A DNA stretch of 64,000 nt from Lama glama (taxonomy: Eukaryota). The stretch is taken from assembly GCA_028534125.1 (NCBI GenBank), contig CM052816.1, forward strand, positions 66,900,001 to 66,964,000. Reading direction: 5' to 3'. The position numbers and the translations under genes were made by a program. This document shows positions 25,086-37,311 of this stretch, one piece after another. The number at the start of each line of letters is the position of its first letter. Position 1 is the stretch's first letter. The notes beneath the pieces were generated by a model. That model ran no database searches, was not told where the DNA came from, and saw only the letters and a list, made by a program, of their open reading frames with translations.

Positions 25086-27107
25086 AATGAAAACTAATAC
25101 ATAAATACATAAAAAACTTAAAACTTAGTATTTTATAAAATCTACCACTTAAATAGCATGATTTCATGCACTATATATGATCCTTTAAAAACCATATAAA
25201 GGATTTTTCCTTGTCCATTTGACATATTAGAAAATGAACATATTAGAACAGAGAGGTACAACAAGTGACCTTCAACTCTGGACCCAAGATTATTTGAAAT
25301 CTTCAGAGGAGAGAATAAGACAGAACTTAACTACACACTGACAGAGAATCAGTGTCCCACATGGACTAGCATTAAAGGTGGAATAATTTAGACCTCGATT
25401 AATTTCCTGATTAATTGTCTGACTTGACTAATGACTCTGAACTGACTGTCTTGTAGGGTCCATAGGGAGATACCACATCCTGCTAGGCAGAAGGGAGGTT
25501 TCTCCTAAATTGAACAGATGCTGCCACTCTTAATAATCCTAAAAAATAGGAACCTAGAACAGAAACTGAAGACTATGGAGGCAGGTTTTAAAATGAGATG
25601 AGGAAAAAAAGTCCTCCTTCTCTTTCTGTAGCTGAGAGTCAATTATGCTTGGACTCTGTCTTTTTGAGTGAGCCATGCCTGGAACAGGGAGACAGGCTGG
25701 TAGTAACACAGGGAACCAGCCCAGAAAGAGAGCATCATGAGTTATTCTTGGTGTTGAACTTTCTATCCACTACTGCAAGCCTTTAATGAAGACACAACAC
25801 ATTTACGGCCTGATCTCTGTCATACATGAAGAGTTGAGAGGAAGGTTTTATATCCAGGCTTGGGAAATACAAGGCAAAAGTGATGCTGGCAGCAGCAAGG
25901 GTCAAGAGAGAAGAGTTGTGTCCCACTGAGAGTAATCCGGTGAGATCTGGGGCACAGTGGCAGCTGGTGAGGGCACGGGGACATGGCCAGAAAAACACAA
26001 AGGCCTGAACTTGGAACCACGCAGACTAGCCAAGGAACACATTTGTGCAGGACTAATTTCTAGCAAAAAAAAAAAAAAAGCCAGAGGATTATTGTTTCAT
26101 CATAAATTGGGCTAAATTGGGCTATGCATGCATGAAATCAGGGAGAATATCAGGACTAGAAGCTGTTTTCTCATTTCCAGCCTACGATTATTTCCAGTCT
26201 GTCACAGGACGAGCATACCATGAAGGATGATCTTATACACGTCATCCTCTTTATGAAAACTACCAGAAGTTTTAATAATATTCCCATTTTTATAATTAAG
26301 ATGTTTAGCATAGTCTGGAATTTCAAGGTTATCAGACGGCTGTTTTGTTTTGTTTCAATGACTATACATTTTCAAATACAAGTCACAACCAAAGTTAACT
26401 AAATTGCCCCAGAAAAGAAGAAGAAATTCATTTTATGTGTTAATATGGGCAGGAACCAGTTTTAATGAACAACCAGACCATTTGTAAATTATTCTGATGG
26501 AATTACATGTGTATCTCAAATAATTTACAAAAATAATTTCCAGTACAATAAAAAAGTACTTGATTAAGCCAAGTAACATTGTCTGAGCTGGTCACTCACT
26601 ACCTGTGAAACCTTGGAAGAGCTGATGATCCTCTCTAAGCCTCTCAAGCTCTTCATGTCTTAAATGGGGAAAAGAAGCCCTTGTTTGCTTACCTCAGAGT
26701 TGCTGCAGGCCCATGGCACGCCTTTGTGAGAATTAGAAGAAGACATCCCCTCTGCGCTAATCCAGCCTGGTGCAGGCTCACAGTTTAGCTCTCATTGTGT
26801 GGACCAGGTTTTGAGGCCCCACAGTTCCCTCAACCAGGGGTTTATGTGCTGTGAGCCAAATTGCACATTCATGCACCTTGGTCATGGCCTATCTCACAAG
26901 ATGGTGGTAAGGATGAAATGAAGGTACTTTGTTTGCTACATGTAACACAAATGTAAGAGAAGGTGTACGAATATAATCAAAAGTTGGCTTTCAAAGCAGA
27001 AATTTAGAAAGATTCCATGCGTAAGGATTTCTCAAAAATGCTAAATCAAGAGATACAAATTATAAGGTTTGTACCATATAAATCAGCAACAGAGTATTTA
27101 GCAGGTC

Positions 27108-27280
27108 TGTGGTTCTTAGCCAGAATGAAGGGCTAGAGGTATCTGAAATCTATTTAAAAAGACACATCCAGGGTCCTCTCTGGAGGCTTCTGAATCAGGA
27201 GGTCTGAGAGTCTTTAAACTATCTTATTTATAAATCTCTTCAGGTTTTCTCTGATGTGTACCCCTGTTTGAGCACCACAA
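27108..27280. mobile_element. MER5A-like hAT remnant
   Basis: gtggttcttagcc...ttctgaatcaggaggtctg...caggttttctctgatgtgtacccctgtttgagcaccac. Confidence 0.5.
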
Positions 27281-28423
27281 GCTTACAGAATTCAAGCCTA
27301 GCAGCTAATTCAGGTATTTTTAAGCCATACTCCTTTTTTGCCTGAATTATCCAGAGAACCTTCAAATGAAAAGCAAAACATATGGCATAAAGAATAATTT
27401 TAAAAAACTAAAGAAGATGCTATGTTCTCCATAAAAAAAAATTAGCTAGGATATTGCTCAGTAAGTTGATGGCTCATAAAATATTTATAGAACTCACATT
27501 CCAAAGTACATAACACATGGTACAAAGTATCTCCATACAGTATCATCCACTGAGCAACCAGTACAAAAATCCTAATCTTGTTCCCTACATTTTAAGAGTC
27601 TGCTGGGATGCAATGGAAATCCCAGATGAGCATGTCCATCATCAATTCTGATATCCAATGAGGTCATCACGAATCAGATCAAAGTAAACAATCAATGATC
27701 ACTCTTCATTATATATATATATCCAGTACTCTTCATTCATATATATATATATATCCAGTACCATCAAATGCAAAGGAAATAATTTAAAAACAACCATTTC
27801 AATATTCTGAACCACTATGGATTAAATTCTTTATGAAATCACAAACATTTCTACTTTCAACTTAGAGTCTATGAAGGTATTCAGTCATGTTCTCCCATCG
27901 CCTCTGCTGCTATGGATTTCAGGAATTAAAGGAAAAGAGATAGTACTTTGTACCTCTTTTAAGGTATTGTTAATACCAATGACAGGGGAAGCTAGACAAT
28001 TCTGAACAAAATCAAAAGGACTCATTTCAATCTACAAAGAATAAGCCAATGAACTTCCCCAGGCTGATATATTAAAGTACTGCATCTAGGATATGAATAT
28101 TACACTTTTATAAATTCTCTGGAATTGCATTTAATTATCACAGAAAAGTAAAAAGGGGAAAATAAAATAGACAAATGGCCAGGAACTCTGGGTTTTGAAT
28201 TGACATATCACTGTCCCCAACCTCACTAAGCAGCCATTGTCTTTAGACTAATGACACACTAATCAGTGAAGAAATTAGTTTGGAATCTGATCCTAAAATA
28301 TTTTGGAAAAAAAAAAGCAATCCATACAAGACTGATTTGCTCTGGCATGTAAATCCTTTTTACATATGGATGTATAAAGTAACAATTAATAGCCAACGAC
28401 AAGATTAGGAAAATGAGTTTCTG

Positions 28424-28437
28424 GTTGCCATGACAAT
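28424..28437. promoter_or_regulatory. RFX X-box motif
   Basis: GTTGCCATGACAAT, a close match to the RFX consensus, in apparently unique sequence. Confidence 0.4.
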
Positions 28438-28968
28438 TCAGATAGCATACTACCACCCGCTCCAAGAGCAACACTTAAATAATGAACACAGAGACAGATA
28501 ACGGAGCTCACACAGAAGTGGGTGTCAAAAGCTAAGAAGTTAAACTGTAGATGCAGCTGAGGGGATGGAACCTTAGCAGAGTGACACAGGAAGTGACCAC
28601 TGAGTAGTGGGGAGATTTTCTGGAGGTATAGCTCACTCAGTCAGCTAAAATTCAGATGGTTCGTGAACGCTCACATCCTATCCTATGCCAGTAAAGACTA
28701 ACTTGTCCTTCCTATGTCAGTATGCAATTGCAGTTGACAATTCTGCAGAGTTTATCAGCGGAGAGAGAAAGTTCTAGGCCCACACCCATCACATAAATGA
28801 CTGGTAGTAGGGAGAACACATATTTAAAGCCATTAAAAGAAAAGCTAATGAAAATGTTCTATTTCAAATTATGAATTATGAGAAATGAATATACTACCTC
28901 TTAATGTAATGAAGGGACAGGCCTACTTACCAAGAGTACACAATATATAGGTAAAGTAGAGATATGAA

Positions 28969-29124
28969 GTGTATTTCATTGAGTATAAAAAATATTCTAA
29001 GATGTATCATTAACTTTATATGAAAGAAAAACACCGCTAACATTATCAATTTAAGACTCATCCTAATTTCAGAGATATTAATTACAATGTGAAAAATTAT
29101 ATCTTAGAAGTGAGGAAACATGGT
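28969..29124 (-). mobile_element. MER104-like (TcMar-Tc2) element
   Basis: TIR-like ends tgtatttcattga... and ...tcttagaagtgaggaaacatgg; internal catcctaatttcagagatattaa...tgtgaaaaa. Confidence 0.65.
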
Positions 29125-32100
29125 ATACATCTCTGCATTCATAGGTAACCATTCTTGTAGTATAAATTTATTCATTCATTTAGTGAATGGATATTAGTAT
29201 TTCCAATGTGCCAGCTAACCGTGCAAAGTGCCAATTTTATACTATCAGGCAATTGTATTGTTGCTTATATGAACCCTGAGAGAAGAATCTCATTGCGTGG
29301 ACCCACTGACATATTGTCTCAAACACTTAGTAGGTACCAAAAAGAGATTAAAAAAAGATCTACCAAGCAATATAATAATAACAGCTACCATTTAAGTAGT
29401 AGTAAACGCAGATGGTGTGCCAGGTGTTTAATATTGATTGCAACATTTAATTGGCACAAAAAATTCCTAAGAGATGGCTACTTTTCCTAGTTTCATTTAT
29501 CAAATGAAGAAAATAAAGCCATAATTCAAGTAACTCATAAAACTAGAAGCCAAAATACTACTAAACAATGGAACTAGAATTTGAACACAAACCCTATGCT
29601 TTTAATCACCATGCTTTTATTATCAATTTTCAAATATATATCATATACTTCTATCCCTGCATATACCACATGACCTTACAATTAAATGTCCCTGTGTGTG
29701 TCTTCCCCACTAAACTACATTCTTCAAGGTCAGGGACACGTTTGGTTCTTTTAGTTTCAAAGCCTAACGTTACCTGGCTAGTACATACTAGATATTTTAA
29801 AATGTTGGTTGAAAAAAAGTATTCAATTAGCCTTTAGTAAATTATTTTCAGAATAAGGAGAAGGTACTTCTTGTGCTTTTTGGTGCTCTATTCTAAGGAT
29901 AACATGTATTTTCAGATGAATATTCATGGTATGTTCTAAAATAAGCAAAACATTTTTATTCTTATTTTTAAGATAAACTCCAGATTGGGGCATTTACGAC
30001 ATAATTTAAAATGGTCTTTCTTGACAATTTTTTTAAAGTCTGACTTATTCTGGAAACATCTGAAGCTAAATTTCTAAGGTATTTAATATGTGACTTTATG
30101 GAAGTTCTATTAGTCAGAACAGAGTAGTTGAATATTAGTGCAGCCAAGACCCTTAGAGGTCATCTAATCCATTGCTCAAAAAGAAATTAACAAAGGAACC
30201 ATTTCTCCAAAGAAAATGTTCTAAGAAAGTCCAATATATAAAGGAGATCAAAGTGGAAGTTCAGTGGAAGTAGAAATATGGAGCCCCACCTAAGCATTTT
30301 CTCTGTTCCCTACTGAGCAGTCTTTGAGGATTACCAGGGAGCCCTAAGGTTTCTGAAGGACACAGCTTGATATCAACTGATCTAGTCCATTCTTCCCATT
30401 TTTGAGTTGAAATACTTAAGACCTACCGTAGCTCATCCAAAATCTCTAGTTATTTAGTGGCTGCTCCTTACTGAAGAATTCAGATTTCCAAACTCTCAGC
30501 CTGGTGTTCATTCTACTTAATGAACACATTCTACTCAACTGCTCCTTAATTATTACAGGAATATGTTACTATGACAGTCTCAGTTTTACCCTAAATGCCA
30601 TTGTATACGAAGCTAACTAAAGCCAGAGTTACAAATGCTGACATGAAAGCACCAAGCTGGGACCAGTCTGTGCCAGCCCCTTTCGGAAGAAATGTGTCAA
30701 GAAACCTACATCCAGTCTTCTTTCTCCCTTGATATAAATGCTACAAAGTCTAAAACTCAGCATCTTTTAGAAACAGGTGTTTCCTTTTTAGTGCAAGAAG
30801 TGGGCTGGTCTATCTTTTTTTGTCCCCTAAAATGAGTAGAAATTTGGTGACTCTATAGCAAAATTATGAGATTTGCTTTGATAATAATTAGAATGTAAAC
30901 ATTTGGAAGTGAAATTCCTACTAATACAGCAACTTCAAAGTAAAGATTTTCATCAAATACAATCTAAACAAGAAAACAAGTGCCTGCTAGCAGCCCCTCC
31001 CTCCGCACCCTCTTTCATCTAAAGGGCTCTTGTTTAAGCCTACAACTGATAATCTGTCTGAAAGGGGTAACATCCTTGACCTATCTTCAGGCCCAGAGGT
31101 AAAGTGCTAATGGTTTGTTTTCATTCAAATTCCCATTCTACCCTACTGCCTCCTTTCACCTCCGCACCCAAATCACGATTAAAGGTCTAAGAGCTCTGAA
31201 CACATTAGCACTATTTTTGGTGACATTACCTCAGAGCTGACTATGACACACCGATGCTGAGAACTGCTGTTCTGGGGACTGATTTCCAAATCCCTCATGG
31301 CTACAGAGCCTGAAACCCATGCAGTGTCCCAGTAAGCACTAAAAAATGTGCTTCCACTGATACACATATATAAAAGCAATACTCTTGCTTTACTGGACTG
31401 AGTACTCAGTCTACCCAAACCTACCCTGTACATTATTTATTTTGTATCAGATTTCCTCAGCTAAATAAGAGTAACATCACTATACCATATGAGTGAAAAA
31501 TAAGTGACATTTCAAAGATACCTGCAGGAATACCCATACTCTTAAGTAAACACACACTGCCTTGAATTCAACTGATTTGAACAGATTCCATCAATACAAC
31601 CACCACAAAGGCAAAGCAAATCATTTGGCCTCCATTTGCATCTAGAGAGTTGTTGCCCTTTGAGTACTTTTTTCTCACTGATCTATTAAATTAACTGGAA
31701 AATTTTATTAAGCCTCTATAATAGGTTAGATACTGTGTAGGCAATGAGATATTATGAAAAACAAGTCAAATACCAAACTCTTTCCAGAGCCCAGTGGGGA
31801 AGAAAGTTGAGAAAATAGGTAAGTACAACATATTGTGAGACATGCTAAGGAAGGAGAATGAATGATTCCTGGAGAGGGATAAAGAAGGCATGTCTGACTT
31901 AGACACAGGAAATCAGGAAAGGCTTCACAGAGAAAGTAACCTGCATGAAGATTAGTCTGGTCTCTGTGCATGTTTCTCAAACTGCCAGAACTCTTTTCTC
32001 TTCAGTCTTCACTTAATCAGTGCTTAGCATTGTTTAGGTTTCAGGTTAAGTGCCACTTCTTCAGGGATAACTTATTCTCCTAAACCAGCTTCTTGTCCTT

Positions 32101-32251
32101 TCACTTTTAGAACCATAATGGCACTTTTCATTATCTCTTCATGCCTCTCTCTGCAATCTGCCTGAAGGTCCATGAGCGTAAGGACTGTGTGTATTTTGTT
32201 GTAACTGATTCAGGTTTGGGGTTGGTCAGATACGAGAATGAAAGAGCAGAG

Positions 32252-32587
32252 GTTTCTTCTCTAGACTGTGGGTCTTCAGATCGATAATTCTATCTTTTCA
32301 TTTTCATTTCCTGAAAGTCGGGATTGGCTTGTGAAAAGTTGAACGATGTGCTAAATGTAAAATGTCAACCCTCACTCTAAATTTTCCCTGTTCAGAGCAT
32401 CACATGAAGATTTCACTGAGTTTAACAGTGGGTGGCTTTCTGATTTTGGTAGTCCATTGAAAAAGAGTTTCAAAGTTGTTATATACTGTTATTGACTATC
32501 TGCCCCATGTCCTGCCTGACATACCATGACTGTTTATGAAAAGTATCTTTAATAAAGATGGATACAGTTTGGCTTAGGAAAAAAAAA
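32252..32587 (+). pseudogene. HMGN2: 5'-truncated processed retrocopy of an mRNA 3' UTR, recognised as HMGN2 (HMG-17)
   Basis: AATAAA at 32551-32556, A tail at 32579-32587; gtcaaccctcactctaaa...cctgttcagagcatca...ggtagtccattgaa...gtcctgcctga.ataccatga.tgtttatg.aaagtatctttaataaag.tggatacagtttggctt matches my recollection of the HMGN2 3' UTR; no CDS present. Confidence 0.75.
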
Positions 32588-33142
32588 GAGAGGGAGAAGT
32601 GAGAACATTGACCAGGAAGTGGTTAAGCTGATGGACTATGAATTGCTAATCCTTCTGCTACTACTACCAGATAGCAATCACTGAGCACTTTAGAGGACTT
32701 ACCAATAGGGTGAAAATGAGGGATCGTGAAACTCTAGGTCACAGTGATGTTGAAGAACACATGTAGGGAAAAGTAAGTGGATATGAGATCTGAAACGACA
32801 TCTTGATATGCTGAATATAAAAATGACAGTTAAGTTGAAAAAGTAAACTTGAAGTCATCATAAGCCCCCAGGATAGTCATAAGTGTGAGCTGGCTCAAAT
32901 GTGGAGGTGAAGATAGAAGTGATGTCAGAAAGAGACTGAGAAACTGGACACTGATCGAGTTATCCATGCAGATACAAACTTGGAAGAGGAGGAAAGCTGC
33001 AAATTAAAACAAAGAGGAGGGGCATAAAATCACATAACAAGATGGTATCAGTTTCAAATTAGCAGAGGGTTTGCACAGAAATAAAGGAACATAACAGCTT
33101 GAAAGTAATGCTGGGATACAAAGAATATACCCAAACCTCCTC

Positions 33143-33295
33143 CAGTAGGTTGAATGGTGGCCCTCAAAAAATATGTCCATGTTTTAATTCTCAGAACCTG
33201 TGAGTATCACCCCACTTGAAGAAAAAGGGTTGTTGTAAATGTAATTGAATTAAAAATCTTGAGATGAGGAGATAATCTTGATTATATAAACCAAT
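33143..33295 (+). mobile_element. MLT1 LTR 5' fragment
   Basis: taggttgaatggtggccctcaaaaaatatgtccatg...agaacctgtgagtat...cttgagatgaggagataatcttgattat. Confidence 0.75.
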
Positions 33296-33299
33296 GAGA

Positions 33300-34080
33300 A
33301 AAAAATAGAAATAATGTGGCAGAAAAATAGGCAAAACTCATTAATGGAAGAGATACAAGGCCAGTATTTATACTAAAAAGTACTACTTCAGAAGTCAGAT
33401 AATTTTTAAAAGAAAGATCATTAGTTTTATATCCACTATATGGCAAAATATTTAAATCTTTTAATTCTGAATACTAGCCAAATGTGGACCACAGGAAATC
33501 TTACACATTGTTGATGGGAATATAAACTGGTTAACCACTGGAAAATAACTTGGCTATACATTATGTTTAATATTCTATACTCTTCTAGAAACTCTTCATA
33601 ATCTTCTAGAAATTCTAATTCCAGAAAAACTCTTGCATATGCTCCAAGAGATAACGCAAGAATGTTTATAATATTATAATTAAAGAAGAGAGAGGATTAA
33701 GTGGTATAGTTACACCATTAAATACTATACAGCAGTGAAAGTAAATAAACCAAAAAAGTAATATTTAGTGAAAAAATCAAATCAAGGAAGAATAAAGTTT
33801 ATAATCAAACAAAACTAAATATATAGTTTAAGAATATAAATCTATGTGACAAATGTAAAAAGAAAACCAAGGGTACAATTAAAAGAAATCCAGGAGAGTA
33901 GTAATCTCTGTTCACAAGGCAGGGGTCAGTACCAAGAAGAGCACAGAGGGCTTTAATCATGTTCATAATATTTTATGGGAGTATTAAAGTCTGTTTATTA
34001 CTATGCTTCACAATATGTTTACATTATATGTACTGATTTTGACTATATCAAGTGATATATAAACTTTTTCATATATAAAA
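33300..34080 (+). mobile_element. Old L1 (L1ME-like) ORF2 end and 3' UTR remnant
   Basis: acacattgttgatgggaatataaactggttaaccact, aagaatgtttata, aatactatacagcagtgaaa motifs. Confidence 0.65.
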
Positions 34081-34115
34081 GGGAAAAAATAGAAGTTAGC
34101 ATTAAAAATGACATA

Positions 34116-34163
34116 GGAATGGAATAGAACAGAACAGAACAGCACAGAACAGAATAGAACAGA
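34116..34163. repeat. (GGAAT/AGAAC)n pentanucleotide repeat
   Basis: ggaatggaatagaacagaacagaacagcacagaacagaatagaacag. Confidence 0.9.
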
Positions 34164-34935
34164 TCAGAGTAAATCACAGGTTAAAAGTTGTAACAGTAAA
34201 TGTTGTTTGTGACATTCTCATTTATGTAGGGATTTCAGTTATGTGATGTAGAACAGAGTGTATTTAGAACTATGGTCAAAGTGTTTACACCCACTTTTCT
34301 AGGGAATTCCAGTCCTATCGGCTTGAACATGTCAGCCTATAAAATTAAACACTCTGTATGAGAAAGATTGAATATGTCAACTATTAAGGACTAGCTCTAT
34401 GCTAGACTGCATCCCAGTATCCCAGAATTCATATGGTAGAAAACAAACAAAACAAAAAAAAACCAGTTAAACTCAATCCCCATTAGCTGAATAGCTCAAG
34501 CTCTGAAATTCAGTGTCTCAGTATTTCACCCAAGATGCTTCTTAGCTTCTCTGGGAAACCTGCCTTTCCACTGATTTGAATTCAATATTGATAGAATCAG
34601 TTGGGGCAATCTGTCTAAAGGGACTTTTTCTTGGTTAGGTTCAGTAGCTTCTGTCAATAAAAAATTGAGTGCTATTCCAGTATCCCCACTGAGAACAATC
34701 CATGAAGAGTTTAATCAGACATTAAATACACACATACAAATTAATAAAAATTATTACAGGCAATATTACCAGCCCAGAACCTGAAAATAGAGAAGTATAA
34801 AGAGGATTTCTTGGTTCTACTCAGAGACTGATAAGAAGTCATGGATCTTGACTGATAGAAAAATCATACAATATTTATCTTTTATTCTTTTGTGTATCCT
34901 ATGTATTTAATAGATAATATCAGAAAATAGAAGCT

Positions 34936-35073
34936 ACCACATTTCATTGTATATACCACCCCATCAGTTGCAAGATGGACCGTTATAATATGTATCAACA
35001 GTTAAAAAAAACACTGCAATTTAGCTATGAAACATTATGCAAGGTACATTCTGATTTTAGATATTTAAATATA
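34936..35073 (-). mobile_element. Second MER104-like element
   Basis: catttcattg...ccatcagttgcaagatggacc...aaaaaaacactgcaatttagctatga...attctgattttagatatttaaatat, parallel to 28969-29124. Confidence 0.5.
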
Positions 35074-36845
35074 GTAGAGGAAGGCTAAGCATACATTTCC
35101 ATTTGTCTCTGATTTTTAAGTCTATCAGCCACCCAATCAATACACATGGCCACAGTTCATAAAGGAATAACTAGGCTTTGGAATAAACAGCCTCAGAGAT
35201 GATTCTGCCAGTTTTTCAGCTTTCTCAGATAACATGGCTAAATCTTACAGGCTCATCCAAACTCCTTAATGAAATAAGGATTTAATAAATGTTTCATTAT
35301 AATCATCATTATTATTTAATGAAAAGGGCCTACTGGACAATCAGAGGCATGATTTAGAGCTAGGTTCTGTTTACCAAAGAATAGAACTCCAGGGTGCTTC
35401 TAAAATATTGTACCCCCTGGAATCACAATGAAACAACCCTGAGAATCCCTCATTTCAAATATTCCTAAGTCTTAATACACCAGTGGTGAGTATAATTAAC
35501 AAGGCTTTCATCAGTCTAATAGTAGCTAGGATCTACACAGGCCCATTTAATCAGTAGTAGAGATCTCTGATTTTTATGACCGTGTCCATTACTGTCTCAT
35601 GTGGTTATGCCAGATACTAAATTTCATTTTATTCACTTTCATTCAGTTTACTAATAGAATGTCCATTTGCATAAACATTGGAAAGTAAATGAAGCCTTTG
35701 CAGATTGGTAGTAATTTAGTTCAGTACTTGGCACACATTTTTCAAATTAATGCATTAATTTTCTATCTTTTAATCATACTGACCAAATCTCAGATGTTTG
35801 GGGTTCTTAAAGTAAAAAGGAATCCTACTGACTAAACATATTTTGGTTTTAACTTTCCTGAGAGGAAATCAGTACGTGACTCACTTCAAAGAGAGATTAC
35901 AATAGGGTGGCCCTTAAGTGACTAGAGCCTTTTCTTCATGTAATAGTTGAAGAGGTCAAAGCTATTAACATTTTTTGTAACTTAAGCCAGGCACATTTGG
36001 AAGGGCATCTCAAACTCTTGTCACATTGCTCAAGCAGAAGTTGGAAGCTCCAAAGCATGAGAGTTTCAAATCCTTTCTGACCTGTGATCTTTTACAAACC
36101 TAAACTATTGAGGAGTCAGCAAAAGACATACCAGAATGCCTTCTATTTCTCTTCTTTCCATGTCTAGTTCTTCACCAGAACAAAACAATGTATGAGACAC
36201 ATAGAGAAAAATGTATGGGGGGTGGGGGCATGCAGAGATACCAAATCTCTTTCGCATTTCTAAATATTCAGCTGGCAGAGACATGGTGAGATTTTCCTCA
36301 GTAAAATAAAATCCATTCATGTACAATCTGAGGAGCAATGAGGAGCAATAAATACATGAAGTGTTAAGAGGTCAAATTTCAATAGCCAAAGACAAGTATG
36401 TCAAGTCAGAATTAATTTGACTGGACAGCTTTGATCTTTTTTTCAAAGTCAGTTTGACATTTGGCCAAATTCTCATGAGAAAAATTTATTATAATTTGTT
36501 AAAGTGTCATCAAATAGCCTGCACAAATTGAAATATGTAATGAGTTGAAAATATGTTTTTGTTGAGTCATCTTGCCCTATATTACTTTATTAATGATTTG
36601 CATGCTAGCTAGATGCCACATTGGAAATGCTGGTATTTACAAACAAGATCTTTTTGGAGGTTGATCCTAATTGACAGAGCCAAAAAAATAGAATATTTCC
36701 TGGACTTATAAAGGCAAATAAAAATCAATATTTATAACAGATATTAAAGTAATTTGCTCTATTTTAGAGCAAAGGAATATTTTAATGGATATGGTTGCTC
36801 AACAGTTATGCAATTAAACTAAAGTTGATGTACAAGTTAATAATT

Positions 36846-37311
36846 CATTTTATTTTTTAAACTTTTTTTTATTGAGTTAGTCATTTTACAATGCTGTGTC
36901 AAATTCCAATTTAGAGCACAATTTTTCAGTTATACATGAACGTATATATATTCATTGTCACATTTCGCTGTGAGCTACCACAAGATCTTGTATTTATTTC
37001 CCTGTGCTGTATAGTATAATTTTGTTTATCTATTCTACATATGCCTGTCAGTATCTACAAATTTTGAACTCCCAGTCCTTCCCTTCCCACCCCCCCCCCT
37101 TGGCAACTGCAAGTTTGTATTCTATGTCTATGAGTCTGTTTCTGTTTTGTATTTATGGTTTTTGTTTTTGTTTTTGTTTTTTGGGGTTTTTTTAGATTCC
37201 ACGTATAAGCGATCTCATACGGTATTTTTCTTTCTCTTTCTGGCTTACTTCACTTAGAATGACATTCTCCAGGGACATCCACGTTGCTGCAAATGGCATT
37301 ATGTTGTCATT
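36846..37311 (-). mobile_element. Camelid-type L1 3' end with TSD
   Basis: T tail, then attgagttagtcattttacaatg...tttccctgtgct...tttttagattccacgtataagcgatctcatacgg...ggcttacttcacttagaatgac; TSD caagttaataatt (36833-36845) / caaattaataatt (37312-37324). Confidence 0.9.

Noticed and set aside
31170..31380. Possible miRNA or snoRNA
   Set aside because: No match to mature sequences or box motifs that I recognise, and no clear long hairpin.
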